Source: Macrostomum lignano (Eukaryota). Taken from it: a stretch of 64,000 bases of DNA. Positions within the stretch are counted from its first letter, which is position 1. The number at the start of each line of letters is the position of its first letter. Below the pieces are notes generated by a model, which did no database searches, was not told the DNA's origin, and was given only the letters and a program-made list of their open reading frames with translations. The DNA lies in contig NIVC01002332.1 of the NCBI GenBank assembly GCA_002269645.1, positions 1-64,000 on the forward strand, read 5' to 3'. This document shows, piece after piece, positions 38,701 to 50,294 of the stretch. The position numbers were made by a program, and so were the translations under genes.

Positions 38701-40380
38701 ACCTCCAAATCTTCGAAAACGTCACTTCCTGGAAACCTACAAATCTTCGAAAAAGTCACTTCCTGGAAACCTCCAAATCTTCGAAAAAGTCACTTCCTGG
38801 AAACATCCAAATCTTCGAAAATGTCACTTCCTGGAAACCTCCAAATCTTCGAAAAAAGGCACTTCCTGGTAACCTCAAAATCCTCGAAAACGTCACTTCC
38901 TGAAAACCTCTAAATCTTCGAAAACGTCACTTCCTGGAAGCCTTCACATCCTCGAAAAAGTTACTTTCTGGGAAACCTCCACATCATTTTAAGATGCCAC
39001 TTTCGAGAAAGTTTAAATTAAGGATTCACGCCTAAAGATTTGATACAAAGCATTAACAGGATTTTAGTAACTATATAAACCCAGATTTAAAAAATCTTAT
39101 TTATATGAAAACATGCAAATGCATTAATCAAATTCAAAGGTCAAGACTTGTCCGAGAACCTTCCTGGCAGTGCCTTATCATTCTGGTGAAACCGTAGAGA
39201 ACACAGTTATATATTGTAAATTAGCCAAGTTACTAGCACATAACAGCTTGCAGATTGACGTCATTCAAAAGGAGACGAATGCAAGTTGTCTCGAAGAACC
39301 TTTTAAAACAGAAAAAGCCACCCCTCTCTACTATCAGGCAAGCAGACAGACAGATTTCATGCGATAGCGGATCGCTTTCAAACACGATCTCTTTATCAGC
39401 GAGTATAGCTAAATAGAATTTAGACGAATAGCCGCAAGAAGAAACTGAGGTCTTATTGATGACGTCCACGAACCAATAGACTTTTGCATTAGTATAGTAT
39501 CAGTAAGTGCACAAACACGAAAAAGTAAAATAATTAGGAAATATGAAATTAAAAAAAAATTTGTCCGTACGTTTGAGTTTTGAGAATTCTGCAAGGTCAG
39601 TTTAATGATGTGTGAGATTTGCAAGGTCAGTTTGAGGATCTCTTCGGATCTGTAAGTCTTCTCAATGTCAGTTCGATGATCTGGGAAGTCTTCAAGGTCA
39701 GTTTAAGGATGTGGGAGGTTTGAAAGGTCAGTTTGGGGATCTGCACGTGGGTCTTCAAGATCAGTTTAATGATTTGGAAAGTCTTCAAGGTCAGTTTAAG
39801 GATGTGGGAGGTTTGCAAGGTCAGTTTGGGGATCTGGGGGTCTTCAAGGTCAGTTAGATGATCTGGGAGGTCTGCAAGGTCAGTTTGGGGATCTGAGAAG
39901 CCCACGTATATGCAGACTTTGAAACCAACTCATAGTTATCAGACAAATCAGCAAAAGCACACTCACGCTGCCAGCAATTTCATCCTGATTAACAACGCTG
40001 CAGACTGCCGAACGGCTAAATTCGTCGTTGTCATCAACGAACTCGCTGCCGCAGATGGCAGTGGAGGCACCTTCGCAACAGGCGCTGCTGGCATCGTCGT
40101 CGTTGTCCAGTTGATCGGCGTCTGCAGCGGCCGAGGCGCAATTTTCGCCATAGACGCCGTCAAGCGAGATGCTGGCCAAAAAGTTCAAAGCGGCCGCGCG
40201 TTTGCGCGCTTTCAGACGCGCCGCGGCGCGCAAACGCTTCGACGATAGTCGAGCCGGATTCGACGGGGAATCGGCGGCGTTTGTGGCTGACGCAGTATTC
40301 GACGTTGCCGAAGCATCGGTGTTGTTGCTAAGCGGCAAGTTCGGAGGGCGAGGCGACCGTCTGGTCTGGGGTGGCTGCAA
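27253..40380 (-). CDS. CABLES: CDK5 and ABL1 enzyme substrate (Cables) homolog, 9 coding exons; start codon not found on exon 1
   Basis: Exons (minus) 40380-39967, 38433-37916, 33144-33061, 32196(or 32214)-32031, 31216-31075, 28851-28748, 28671-28531, 27708-27541, 27399-27253. All GT-AG with matching phases, total 1884 nt. Motifs [125 protein letters not shown] match the Cables N-terminal motif and cyclin-like C-terminus. Confidence 0.9.
27760..28450. repeat. 32/34-bp minisatellite in CABLES intron 7 (CATGGATAGAGACAGGAAGGGGTGTCCCACAG)
   Basis: About 20 units. Confidence 0.96.
29190..29595. repeat. 55-bp minisatellite in CABLES intron 5 (GGAAAATCGATAAAACACACACGCGGAGGGAGGTGGGTGGGTTGAGGGACAGGCT)
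   Basis: About 7 units; GGAAAATCG recurs at 29251, 29307, 29362, 29417. Confidence 0.93.
30028..31020. repeat. 45-bp minisatellite in CABLES intron 5 (GATTGTCACTGACATCATTGTCACTTTGTCACTAATAGACAGTCA)
   Basis: About 18 near-perfect units to ~30855, then a decayed tail. Confidence 0.97.
31355..31985. repeat. (TAAC)n microsatellite in CABLES intron 4
   Basis: About 150 units. Confidence 0.98.
32365..32920. repeat. (ACAG/GCAG)n compound microsatellite with an internal ~190-bp duplication, CABLES intron 3
   Basis: GACA/GGCA runs. The CAGCCTATA...CATACATACA...CAGCCATT block occurs twice. Confidence 0.9.
33840..34630. repeat. 76-bp GC-rich tandem repeat in CABLES intron 2
   Basis: Repeat ORFs start at 34166, 34242, 34318, 34394, 34470 (period 76); about 10 units. 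Confidence 0.96.
35460..36420. repeat. purine-rich GGGGCGGAGAGA low-complexity array, CABLES intron 2
   Basis: Recurrent GGGGCGGA(G/A)AGA motif, with almost no T on the plus strand. Confidence 0.9.
37030..37805. repeat. 20-bp minisatellite in CABLES intron 2 (TTCCTGTGTCACTCTCGCTA)
   Basis: About 23 good units plus a decayed tail. Confidence 0.95.
38555..38990. repeat. 34-bp minisatellite in CABLES intron 1 (CGAAAACGTCACTTCCTGGAAACCTCCAAATCTT)
   Basis: About 12 units; CGAAAACG at 38646 and 38680. Confidence 0.93.
39590..39895. repeat. degenerate ~30-bp repeat in CABLES intron 1 (AAGGTCAGTTT core)
   Basis: About 10 units. Confidence 0.8.
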
Positions 40381-40479
40381 CTGAGTTTGGACAAGATGCA
40401 ATGTCTAATATTAATCATTTATATGCTGAGATTCTGTTTTACAGCTCACGGCGATTGTCCAAGGGAGACTCTCTGAGAA

Positions 40480-41535
40480 GCTTGGGGTTTGTGTAGCTTG
40501 GAGTTTGTGTAGCTTGGAGTTTATGTAGCTTGGGGTTTGTGTAGCTTGGAATTTGTGTAGCTTGGAGTTTGTGTAGCTTGGAATTTGTGTAGCTTGGAGT
40601 TTGTGTAGCTTGGAGTTTATGTAGCTTGGGGTTTGTGTAGCTTGGGGTTTGTGTAGCTTGGGGTTTGTGTAGCTTGGGGTTTGTGTAGCTTGGAGTTTAT
40701 GTAGCTTGGAATTTGTGTAGCTTGGAGTTTGCGTAGCTTGGGGTTTGTGTAGCTTGGAGTTTATGTAGCTTGGGGTTTGTGTAGCTTGGGGTTTGTGTAG
40801 CTTGGGGTTTGTGTAGCTTGGAGTTTATGTAGCTTGGAATTTGTGTAGCTTGGAGTTTGTGTAGCTTGGGGTTTGTGTAGCTTGGAGTTTGTGTAGCCTG
40901 GAGTTTATGTAGCTTGGGGTTTGTGTAGCTTGGGGTTTTTGTAGCTTGGGGTTTTTGTAGCTTGGGGTTTGTGTAGCTTGGAGTTTGTGTAGCTTGGAGT
41001 TTTTGTAGCTTGGGGTTTGTGTAGCTTGGAGTTTGTGTAGCTTGGGGTTTGTGTAGCTTGGGGTTTGTGTAGCTTGGGGTTTGTGTAGCTTGGAGTTTGT
41101 GTAGCTTGGGGTTTGTGTAGCTTGGGGTTTGTGTAGCTTGGGGGTTTGTGTAGCTTGGGGGTTTGTGTAGCTTGGAGTTTGTGTAGCTTGGGGTTTGTGT
41201 AGCTTGGGGTTTGTGTAGCTTGGGGTTTGTGTAGCTTGGAGTTTGTGTAGCTTGGAGTTTGTGTAGCTCGGGCCCTCGGGTTTGTGTAGCTTGGGGTTTT
41301 TGTAGCTTGGAGTTTGTGTAGCTTGGGGTTTGTGTAGCTTGGAGTTTGTGTAGCTTGGTGTATGTGTAGCTTGGAGTTTGTGTAGCTTGGGGTTTGTGTA
41401 GCTTGGGGTTTGTGTAGCTTGGAGTTTGTGTAGCTTGGGGTTTGTGTAGCTTGGAGTTTGTGTAGCTTGGGGTTTGTGTAGCTTGGGGTTTGTGTAGCTC
41501 GGGCCCTCGGGGTTTGTGTAGCTTGGAGTTTGTGA
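40480..41535. repeat. 16-bp minisatellite between TRMT11 and CABLES (GTGTAGCTTGG[A/G]GTTT)
   Basis: About 65 units. Confidence 0.97.
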
Positions 41536-41800
41536 AAACTGATTGTTCAGGAGTGATACTGAGACAAAAAGTAATTGCTGATGTATTTCATACATTGTAT
41601 ATTTGTTTTAATTTAAAGCAAGCATTAAATGCAGCACATTGTGTAGATAAAAGAGCAGTCAGAAGAAGTAACAAGACGTAAGTTTTCACCAAAATAATCC
41701 CAAGTTTTGAATTTATAGGCGCATAGTTTAGATAATCAAAAAACACACTGTTGAAAAATGCCGACACTCTACTGATATCAGTAGTAGAGCTCATCTTTTA

Positions 41801-44800
41801 CTACTTTTTACGGCTATAGTGGCTAGATCTTAGCTGGTGATGATCGTGATTAACAATTGTAGCGCCATTACTAGCCATAGCAACTAGTTCAGGCGTATCG
41901 ATCATAGGAAGCCGTTGAACACAGACCATCACTCTGGCTGTACGATGCGTCATGGGCAGTTCAACAGAGGCAATTAGCTGCAAACATGGATGCACTGGTA
42001 GACTGTCGGCGCCTTTGTACTCGGATTGGATCACTGGGAACCAGTACACGCATCTGTAAATATGTATATGGTTACATATTAGACGGTTGAGAATATAATT
42101 CAAGGCAGAGTCATTCACTATTCTACTTACGATACTCACGGCCATCGATATCTAGAAACACACGATCACACAAGGTTGTCTACAGTGCATTGATTTTCAT
42201 CGTCAGCAATGTTCACAATTGTAAATCGTGTGAGTTGTGCGATCAGATCTGGTGCAAGGACCACTGTAGCATAACAGGACGTAAAACTCAAAAGATTGTG
42301 TAATTTTCTGGAGGTCTTTTTCCTGGAATGGAACACTCTGCAGGGATAGGAAGAACTAATTTTCATCGCGAAATTAATGATTAAATTTGATCTGGGACAG
42401 TGAAGATGACCATTGTTTTAATGTAGCATGAACATGATGTTACTCTGTGCTGTGCTGTGTTGTGCTATATATTTGTATAGTGAAAGTTTAATTTTCATAT
42501 TGTTTTCTAGCTATATTAAATTCTAAATCTGCCTTAAAAGTTAATAAATATGTATTGAAATGGAATTATACCTACAATATTGGCTTAAGAGTACCAGCAT
42601 GCGATATTTTATTACAGATATTTACTCAGAAACATTGAAAAGTCACCACTCTATGCGCCAGTGAGCACTTTCTCTTGGACTATTCTAAAATAAAAGGGTT
42701 AGCTTTAATCCGTCCAACCCTCGCACACCGCTCCCCCCTTTTCATTCGTCAACTCAAGTCTGCTAAATAGAGCTAAGTTGCGTCACTAGAAAATATTGTG
42801 ACGACCTGCACTCTCAAAAGTGACGAACCACAGACGGAATCTTCTGTGATAGCGACTTTTCAGCGTTGCTGAGTATTCTTGTTAAAGAAGGAACAAAAAA
42901 GGTTCAGCTAAGGCCATTTGTGAGTATTTAAAACTTTGGGCTTATTAAGTAAAATATAACAATATAAAATTAAACTTTCTGTATCCGCAGGGTATATTTT
43001 TTCCAGGAAATTGGCCTCCAATAAAATTACACGATCTTAAAGTTTTCACATCCTGTTATACTACAGTGTTCCTTGATTTGATGGCGATGTAAACCAGCGG
43101 TGTTCCCCAAGATTATTTAGATTATCAAAGTAGTTAGAAGACTAAAACCTACCGACCACCAGGTACAAGCCTCATCGCGCAGAATCCCAACAGATCCGAT
43201 ACGCTATCGCCAAGAGAATAGTGCTCTTTCGGCGGGAAATAGTTCTCATCCAACTTTTTCGGCCCACCATCCGGATCGCGCTTCACTTTTCGGCTTCGTT
43301 CTCGAATACCGTAGGGCGGATCAGTCAGGACAGTGTCGAATAAAGCGCTATGCCGCCACAGACCAACGTGCTGGCTGGCGTCGCCAACTAAGCAATCAAC
43401 AAATCGATTAGAAATACCGTACTGAGCAAAATTAGCCGACAAGCGTTCGTCCTCCGTACGCTTCTGGCGGCGCATTTCGGCTTTAGTAGATTTGCCCAAT
43501 CCGAATACGATATTATAATCCACATCTTGGCCTAAACAGTAGGCGCCTAAATAGCCAGCGGATACTAAGATACTACCGGAGCCAACAAACGGATCAACAA
43601 CTAGCTGTCCAGGCGACACTCTAGCCAAGTTGCACATGATGAAAGCTAACTGAACGTTCATTGACGTATTGCCGATAAATATCCGGCGGGATAGGGACAG
43701 GTTGTGCAGTGCCGCTCGGGACTGGCCGGAGCAGAGCTTTGGAGCGAGATAGACTCTGACCGGAGTCTGCGGGTGTCAGACCGGTGGGTAGGATGAAGCA
43801 TGCAGTGAAGTATTGAATTTTTTTATTTTGCGATGTGTTGTCAATTCTCAATAGTATGCCCCTACTTACGTTGCAGTTAAAGGTTGTTTTTCAGCAGATT
43901 TAGCGCAAATATACTACTGACACTATACTACTGAGTGTAATACAAACGCTATCCCACAGATACTAAAATAACTGGATGGGCCACTCAGGCATATACTTAG
44001 TAAAACAGCTTTCTACTTTCAGTTCAGTAGCAAAGAAGAATATGTCAACAGCTATTTTATAAAAATAAAGGCAGTTGAAACGATTTGGTAAGTTTAGAAG
44101 CCCAAGCTGGCAGGCGTAAACAACTTGCTAATTGGCTCAGCAATCATGTACGAGTACGAGTAAATTAGCCAGTCCACTGAAATCTTTGCTACGAGAATAG
44201 ATGCTAGATAGGGTGTAACAACTTCTGATCGTCTTAGAGACAGAACGAGAGCTGAGTGCGATTTGTTTCGATCGGCTTTCCAAGTAACTCATTGTAGGTA
44301 CTACTAACCTTGTCAGTGACAGCTCCGGCTGTCAAGTCGTAGCGCCAATGCTCCAAATAATAGAGCTCAAATTCCGGCTTTTTTAAATCCACTTGACCAG
44401 GCATATCTAGGCCAGCCTCGCCAAACTGATCAACAATGCCAACCTTGAAGTCCATAGCTGCTGATACGTTAACCAATTCTATACACATTCTCCATCTAGT
44501 CCAGGCGCCATTGTCAAAGCCTGACGAAGCTTCCGCTAGATAAGGCGCCAGTTCTCCATTAGTCACGTGATTAAGCATGGTCAACAAGCAGCTAGTCGAT
44601 TGCCACACTCGCAGTAACGATTTAATCAATGCGCTTCGTTTAACAACTTGGCGTAATTTGATTTCGTCTTCGCACAGTATGCACACAACCGAACGAGATC
44701 GCCACCAAGTTGAGCATAATTGTAATTTATTGTTGCCAATCGAGGCTTCTGCTGCAACGCCGGTCCAATCGTGAACGCCGGCGTTTGTTGGCGTATCGCT

Positions 44801-45016
44801 AAAGAGTTCATCCGACCAAATTGGCTGCTGCTGGCTATAATTGGCTATTAATTGTCGTTCGCGATCGATTCCGGTGAAAACTACGCCAAATCGACAATCG
44901 AATAGTCCGGCTAGAGAGACGAATTCGGCGAAACGAAATTGAGCATACTCGCACGAAGCGTATAGCAGGATGTACTCTCTGGCCTCGGTAGTAGTCGGGC
45001 TTGTAATAGTCTCCAT
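41801..45016 (-). CDS. TRMT11: tRNA (guanine(10)-N2)-methyltransferase TRMT11 homolog, ~524 aa
   Basis: Exons (minus) 45016-44309, 43766-43153, 42053-41801; phases 0 and 2; total 1575 nt. Motifs EYAQFRFAEF, GQVDLKKPE, FIGNTSM, VDPFVGSGS, FDTVLTDPPYGIRE, GGRCVYWFPV, HPCLQLIA. Confidence 0.95.
42255..43075. mobile_element. ~820-bp MITE-like element in TRMT11 intron 2 with degenerate ~115-bp TIRs
   Basis: Left CAAGGACCACTGTAGCATAACAGGACGTAAAACT...CCTGGAA versus right TTCCAGG...CATCCTGTTATACTACAGTGTTCCTTG (reverse complements). TSD not evident. Confidence 0.7.
43954..44183 (+). mobile_element. ~225-bp interspersed repeat, copy 2, in TRMT11 intron 1
   Basis: Collinear with 8646-8867. Confidence 0.8.
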
Positions 45017-47062
45017 GGACTGGAAATTGCATGCGAATCAACTGAATTAACAGGAAAATTTAGCTTATAAACATACAACCAAAGTCAGGCAATTTTGCAT
45101 TCACGATATCTGGTCCTGTTGCTTTAATTACCACCCTATCAAGAGTAGTACAGCATACCGTTAAACAATCAACATTCGAGCACTTTTCAGCTTTTATTAA
45201 TTCAAGAGACTTGTACTATTGTAGACCAATTTGTAGTGTGAATGTAACATCTGTTGAACGAAGACTAACATTATAGATAATCGCAAGCCCCGAAAATGAA
45301 TGGAACAACAAATACGACAGTCAAGTATAATAACATTTAAGTTAGTCCGTTACACATGTATACCTGTCTATATAATCATAAATACTATTAAATATATTAC
45401 GCATTTTGTCCAGCAATGCTTTTCCTTAAATACAATCACAAATACACATTCTAAAAAGCCGTTGAAAATAAAAAAAGCAAATATGTCAATTTCTTTTTAA
45501 TGAACACGACAAGCCAAATTTTGCGGACGTTTTTTTGTTAACAAAATGTACAGATAAACAATAAAAGTATATAGTAATTCAAGTACACGAGGACATATAA
45601 TCTGGTCGAATTTAAACAACAACCAACCGATTTTGTTTTAACGACCACATATAATCAGTACTCTCATGTAAATACCATTTTAAGACTTTAGACTGCGCTT
45701 GGCTATAAATTTTCTAAGCCCCACCTTCATCAGACCCAGTGCCGAACCAGCCAATTGTGGTTGACTGGGCTTAACCGGGCTTTTAACTCGCTGTCTCGTG
45801 TGGGTGGGCTGGCTATATTATCGATGTTTCTAAACCCGCCAAGCCAATCTTATCTTATCTAACTTTTATAATCGGCGTCAAAATTACGGGCGGCTAACCA
45901 AATTGCTGTTTAACAATTATATACTCGTAGATCTAGACATTACACTATTAGATTAGACAGTCACGACAAAAAGTACATTAAAAAAACAAAACAGCACTAG
46001 GCTTGGGCAAGCAATATAATTAAAGCCCATTAGTATTAGAAATTAATATAAAGTTTAGACAGACCAACATATAACAGATACAAACTAATGTCTGTTAATT
46101 TAAAGTTTGTCTAGCTTTAGGCTAATTATGGTTATGGTTACTTTTCAATTGAATATAATGATTAACTAATGTAGGTATAATACGAGTAACAAAGACTACT
46201 GACTATATAAATAGTACATACGAAGCAATATTTTTCTATAAAAAAATAAAACAGAAACTTTATAGAGCTAGAATGGACGAAAACTGTGGCAAGCTGTAAA
46301 TTAATAATCAAAATCAAATGACATGGAATATTTTTTTATCTATAATATAAAGTAGCAACAATAAATCGAAATTGACAAAGACTTTAGATTATAAGTAAAA
46401 AAAGCTTAACAATTCATATGGAATTACAAGTTTGAATAAGGTACTAATTTGCACTCGATATGTAGTAAAATTATAATCAATTTAATATTCATCTAATACT
46501 AGTACAACACCACTATAATGTCACAGAGACGGAAAGTAAACTGAGAAATAAACTATAGTCAAGAGAGCCGAATCCAGTGTTATAAACTGAGCACCGCGAC
46601 TGATTGTAAGATCGATGACAGAAATTGAAAACTTGCAACAAAAGAATGACAAAATTTAAATACAGTAAGTAAACAAACAAACAAATTTCGACGAATTGTG
46701 TCTCGCTTAGCTATCACAGAACGATAGGAATTTTCTGAAGAACTTCTTGAAAACAATTACAAACAAAAGAGAAAAATATAAACCCAAAAGAAACACAAGT
46801 CACAAAACTCAACAAACTATGTGCTATATTACTTATACAAGTAGTGCAAATTAGATTCTTGGAGGCAATATAATTTAACAAATAATTAGGATATTATTAA
46901 AGCACACTTAACAAAACAACGATGTAATTTCATTAACATTAAATCAAAAACTCAAGTTTTTTGTGAAGCAATCTATTTAACTGTTCAGCCATCAAAACCC
47001 ATAGTGGACAATTAGCCAGAACTCTTCATGCAACAGTCTTAGGGCTCGAAAATCGATTGTCT

Positions 47063-49247
47063 TTAGCAGCTACAGCCGGATGATTGCTTCTCGTTGGAGC
47101 TCTCCTTTAGTCTGGTGCCTGCAGGTTGAAATCAGGTCGGTCTATTTGTTTATCTGCGTTGTATTGATCTGCCTATATATTTAGTCCAGCATTGTAGACT
47201 GGATTTGACTTAAAATTCCGACTGGAAAAAACCTGCGGGAAAGCCTCGGCGGGAAAAATCACGCGGGAAAACGTCGCTGCGGGAAAATCTCAGCGGGAAA
47301 ACCTCGGCGGGAAAACCTCTTGCGAGAAATTCCCGTGCTCCCGTCTTAGCATCTGTCTGTCTGTTTGTCTTAGTGTCTGTCCATCTTAGTGCCAGTCTGT
47401 CTGTCCGCCTGTCCGTCTGTTTGTCTGTCTGCCTGTCCGTCTGTCTTAGCATCTATCCGTCTGTTTGTCTGTCTGTCTGTGTAATCTCTACCTACACCAG
47501 GCCTATTAAGCTACCCACCTCCGCTAGTAGCATCGCCATCCGTAGCTTCGGACATCCGCTCGCAGATGATGTCAACTAAGCGTTCAAACACATCGGTAAC
47601 ATTGAGATTGTCCTTGGCTGAGGTTTCGAAAAATTCCAAGCCTGCAATTTGGTTGTTAGGGCAATAGAAAAAAATTATTCGTCTACAGAATAAATTACCA
47701 AATACATTAACAAAAAATGTAAAGAAGCTTGCCAAGTTGATTAGCTAGCTGTCGGCCTCGCTCGGCACTGACTACTCGATCCTCATCTAGGTCGCACTTG
47801 TTGCCAACGAGTACCACTTGTGCATTGTCCCACGAGTAAGTCTTAATCTGGGTGCACCTGAGCAAATGATTGACAGAAAGAGGCACAGGCGGTCTTTGAT
47901 TGCGAGTCCGTTGTCGAGATAATGTTAAAGCTATAATCATATATGGATTAAAGAAAAACTTACCAGTCTTGCACAGCGTTAAAAGAATCCTCGTTGGTGA
48001 CGTCATACATGAGGATAAATCCCATTGCGCCGCGATAGTAAGCCGTGGTGATGGTCCTGTAACGTTCCTGGCCTGCCGTGTCCTGCAGATTAATATATAT
48101 GAAATATATCTATATCGACTACTAATTAATAAATAGTTGCAATGTAGTGGTCTTGAAAGTGGTTTAATAGGGATGTTACCGATGTTTCGATGTAGTGGTG
48201 CTTTTGGCGGGAGCACGAGAAATGCCCGCAGACGAATTGCCCGCCGAGGTTTGCCCGCAATGCTCTTTTCCTACAGCGCATTTGGCCACGCGGCAGATTT
48301 TGTCTGCATTGCCTCCCTTAGTAAGCTTAGTAAGACTTGATAAAGAGATTTACCCGATCAAACGTTTTGATAGTAACTGCATATCAAATGCATTTTTTTT
48401 GGGGGGGGGGGGCATTGCAGGCAGAATCTAGCTGCCAAATGCGCTGCAGGAAAAAGCATTGCGGGCAAAACTCGGCGGGCAAATCCCGACGGGCCATTCG
48501 TCTGCGGGAAATTCTCATGGACCCGCTTTTGCCGGCTCGGAGACTAAGGATCTGAGGAAGGCTGGCCCAGCAACTGACACTCTGGGAGGCTGGCAGTCCA
48601 GCAACTGAGGATCTGGAAGGCTGGCAGTCCAGCAACTGACACTTTGGGAGGCTGGCTCAGCAACTGAGGATCTGGGAGGCTGGTCTAGCAACTTGGGATT
48701 TGCGAGACTGGCCCAGCAACTGAGGATCTGGGAGGCTGGCCCAGCAACCGAGGATCTGGGAGGCTGGCCCAGCAACTGAGGATCTGGGAGGCTGGCCCAG
48801 CAACTGAGGATCTGGGAGGCTGGCCCAGCAACCGAGGATCTGGGAGGCTGGCCCAGCAACTGAGGATTTGCGAGGCTGGCCCAGCAACTGGGGATTTGCG
48901 AGGCTGGCCCAGCAACTGAGGATCTGGGAGGCTGGACCAGCAACTGAGGATCTGGGAGGCTGGACCAGCAACAGGATCTGGGGACTGACCCAGCCCTTAC
49001 AAGCATCTGGGTGCATGCCATGGCAAACAAGCGCTCTCACCCAGATCTGCAGTTTAACCCGTTTATCATCTCTAAACACGGTTTTGACTTTGAAATCGAT
49101 GCCAACAGTCGATACGAAAGCCGACGAGAACGAATCGTCCGCATAGCGAAATAAAAATGATGTCTTGCCAACCGACGAATTGCCAATAATCAATAATTTG
49201 AACATGTAGTCAAAGTTCTGATCTGCAGCGTCTGAGCGACTTGCCAT
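47063..49247 (-). CDS. RAB3: Rab3 small GTPase, 209 aa
   Basis: Exons (minus) 49247-49041, 48082-47964, 47857-47733, 47641-47519, 47118-47063; total 630 nt. Motifs [69 protein letters not shown], and C-terminal GCSC prenylation motif. Intron 3 has a GC donor. Confidence 0.97.
47217..47342 (-). mobile_element. solo terminal fragment of the GCGGGAAAA-repeat MITE family, RAB3 intron 4
   Basis: Ends TCCCGTGCTCCCG, whose reverse complement matches the terminus CGGGAGCACGAGA at 48208. Internal GCGGGAAAA subrepeats. Confidence 0.6.
48209..48524. mobile_element. ~316-bp MITE with ~125-bp TIRs and a near-perfect 9-bp TSD (Mutator- or Merlin-like), RAB3 intron 1
   Basis: Left GGGAGCACGAGAAATGCCCGCAGACGAAT... 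and right ...ATTCGTCTGCGGGAAATTCTCATGGACCC. Flanks GCTTTTGGC (48200-48208) and GCTTTTGCC (48525-48533). Confidence 0.75.
48545..48990. repeat. 28-bp minisatellite in RAB3 intron 1 (CTGAGGATCTGGGAGGCTGGCCCAGCAA)
   Basis: About 15 units. Confidence 0.95.
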
Positions 49248-49800
49248 GATGCTGTTCGTTTTGTTGATTTCTTGTGTTTTTTAAACCGCTAATAATACAA
49301 TGATACTAGAGTGGAATGAAAGGCTGTAGCAAAGAAGTTAAAACGAAAAAGAGCGTTAGGAAATGTGCATGAATACGCTTGTTATTTCACTGTGTTTCTT
49401 CTGTGTCACTAAGCAAAACTCGCCAATTCTGTTATCTATAGAGGCACACTAGCATAAACATAAAATTGTAGACCTATAACAGCTACAAGCTAACAACAGA
49501 TTGTAATAAAAAGCAAACACCGTCTCACTAAGATTATAGATTACAAATTCTTACGAATATTACCGTGAAATTTTGAACTATACGCTAAAAAGTCGCTGAT
49601 ATTTCTAGAATGTTGGATGTTAAGAGAACATCTGTGCACCACATTTGGAACAAATTTGAACAGAACGGGAGTAAGACATCATCGACTGACTCTTATGATG
49701 AAGTAGCACTTACACTCAGCAACATTGAAAAGTGTCCACGTCTGCACAAAAGGCTACACTAGCTGAACGATTAGGGATTGAAAAGTTTTCAACTATGTTT

Positions 49801-50294
49801 GGGCCATAGACAATCAAAATAAGGCAACAAAGAATGAACAGCAAAACAAGTCCATGCCCATTTCAAAGCTGTGTACATGTCTAAAGTACAGTCAGTAACA
49901 GGTATAGATAGCAACCACGAGCGTCCAACAGACCGCTCACTCATGGGAGGCATTCCCGAACAAGGCGCCGCAGAAAGTCTTGTCGAAGCTGTTGCCACGC
50001 GACTGAAAGCGCATTGCGCAGCTGGACCATGTTCTAGGGAGATAGAGATTTTTGCACCGAATCGTGCGCAACGCTTCAAGAAATCCCACACGTGCTCAAT
50101 CGAGTTCATATCCGGTGATCTGGACGGCCAACGCAGAGTGCGCCAATCAGTCATTTAGCGGACTATCGTTGTCACTCTGCGTCCAGATGCCTCCAGTAAA
50201 CCCCTGTACACTCGTTACTGTAACGCTTTTCCCTGTGACACCAAATATCGGTCTTTACACTTTACTGCCCTTTTTGGTCATTTGTCTATGGCCC
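49801..50294 (-). mobile_element. internally deleted Tc1/mariner relic (transposase C-terminal pseudogene fragment 50154 to ~49870)
   Basis: LRWPSRSPDMNSIEHVWDFLKR is the Tc1 third-acidic-residue motif (WPxxSPDLNPIEHxW). A frameshifted continuation reads QLRNALSVAWQQLRQDFLRRLV...LLDARG. Inverted repeat GGGCCATAGACAA at 49801 and TTGTCTATGGCCC ending 50294. Confidence 0.75.

Noticed and set aside
42827-43000. Nested plus-strand gene with a secretin/PACAP-like peptide (TDGIFCDSDFSALL) and an apparent GTGAGT...CGCAG intron
   Set aside because: There is an in-frame TGA two codons upstream, with no start or signal peptide. The region lies inside a MITE, and the 'acceptor' is part of its TIR.
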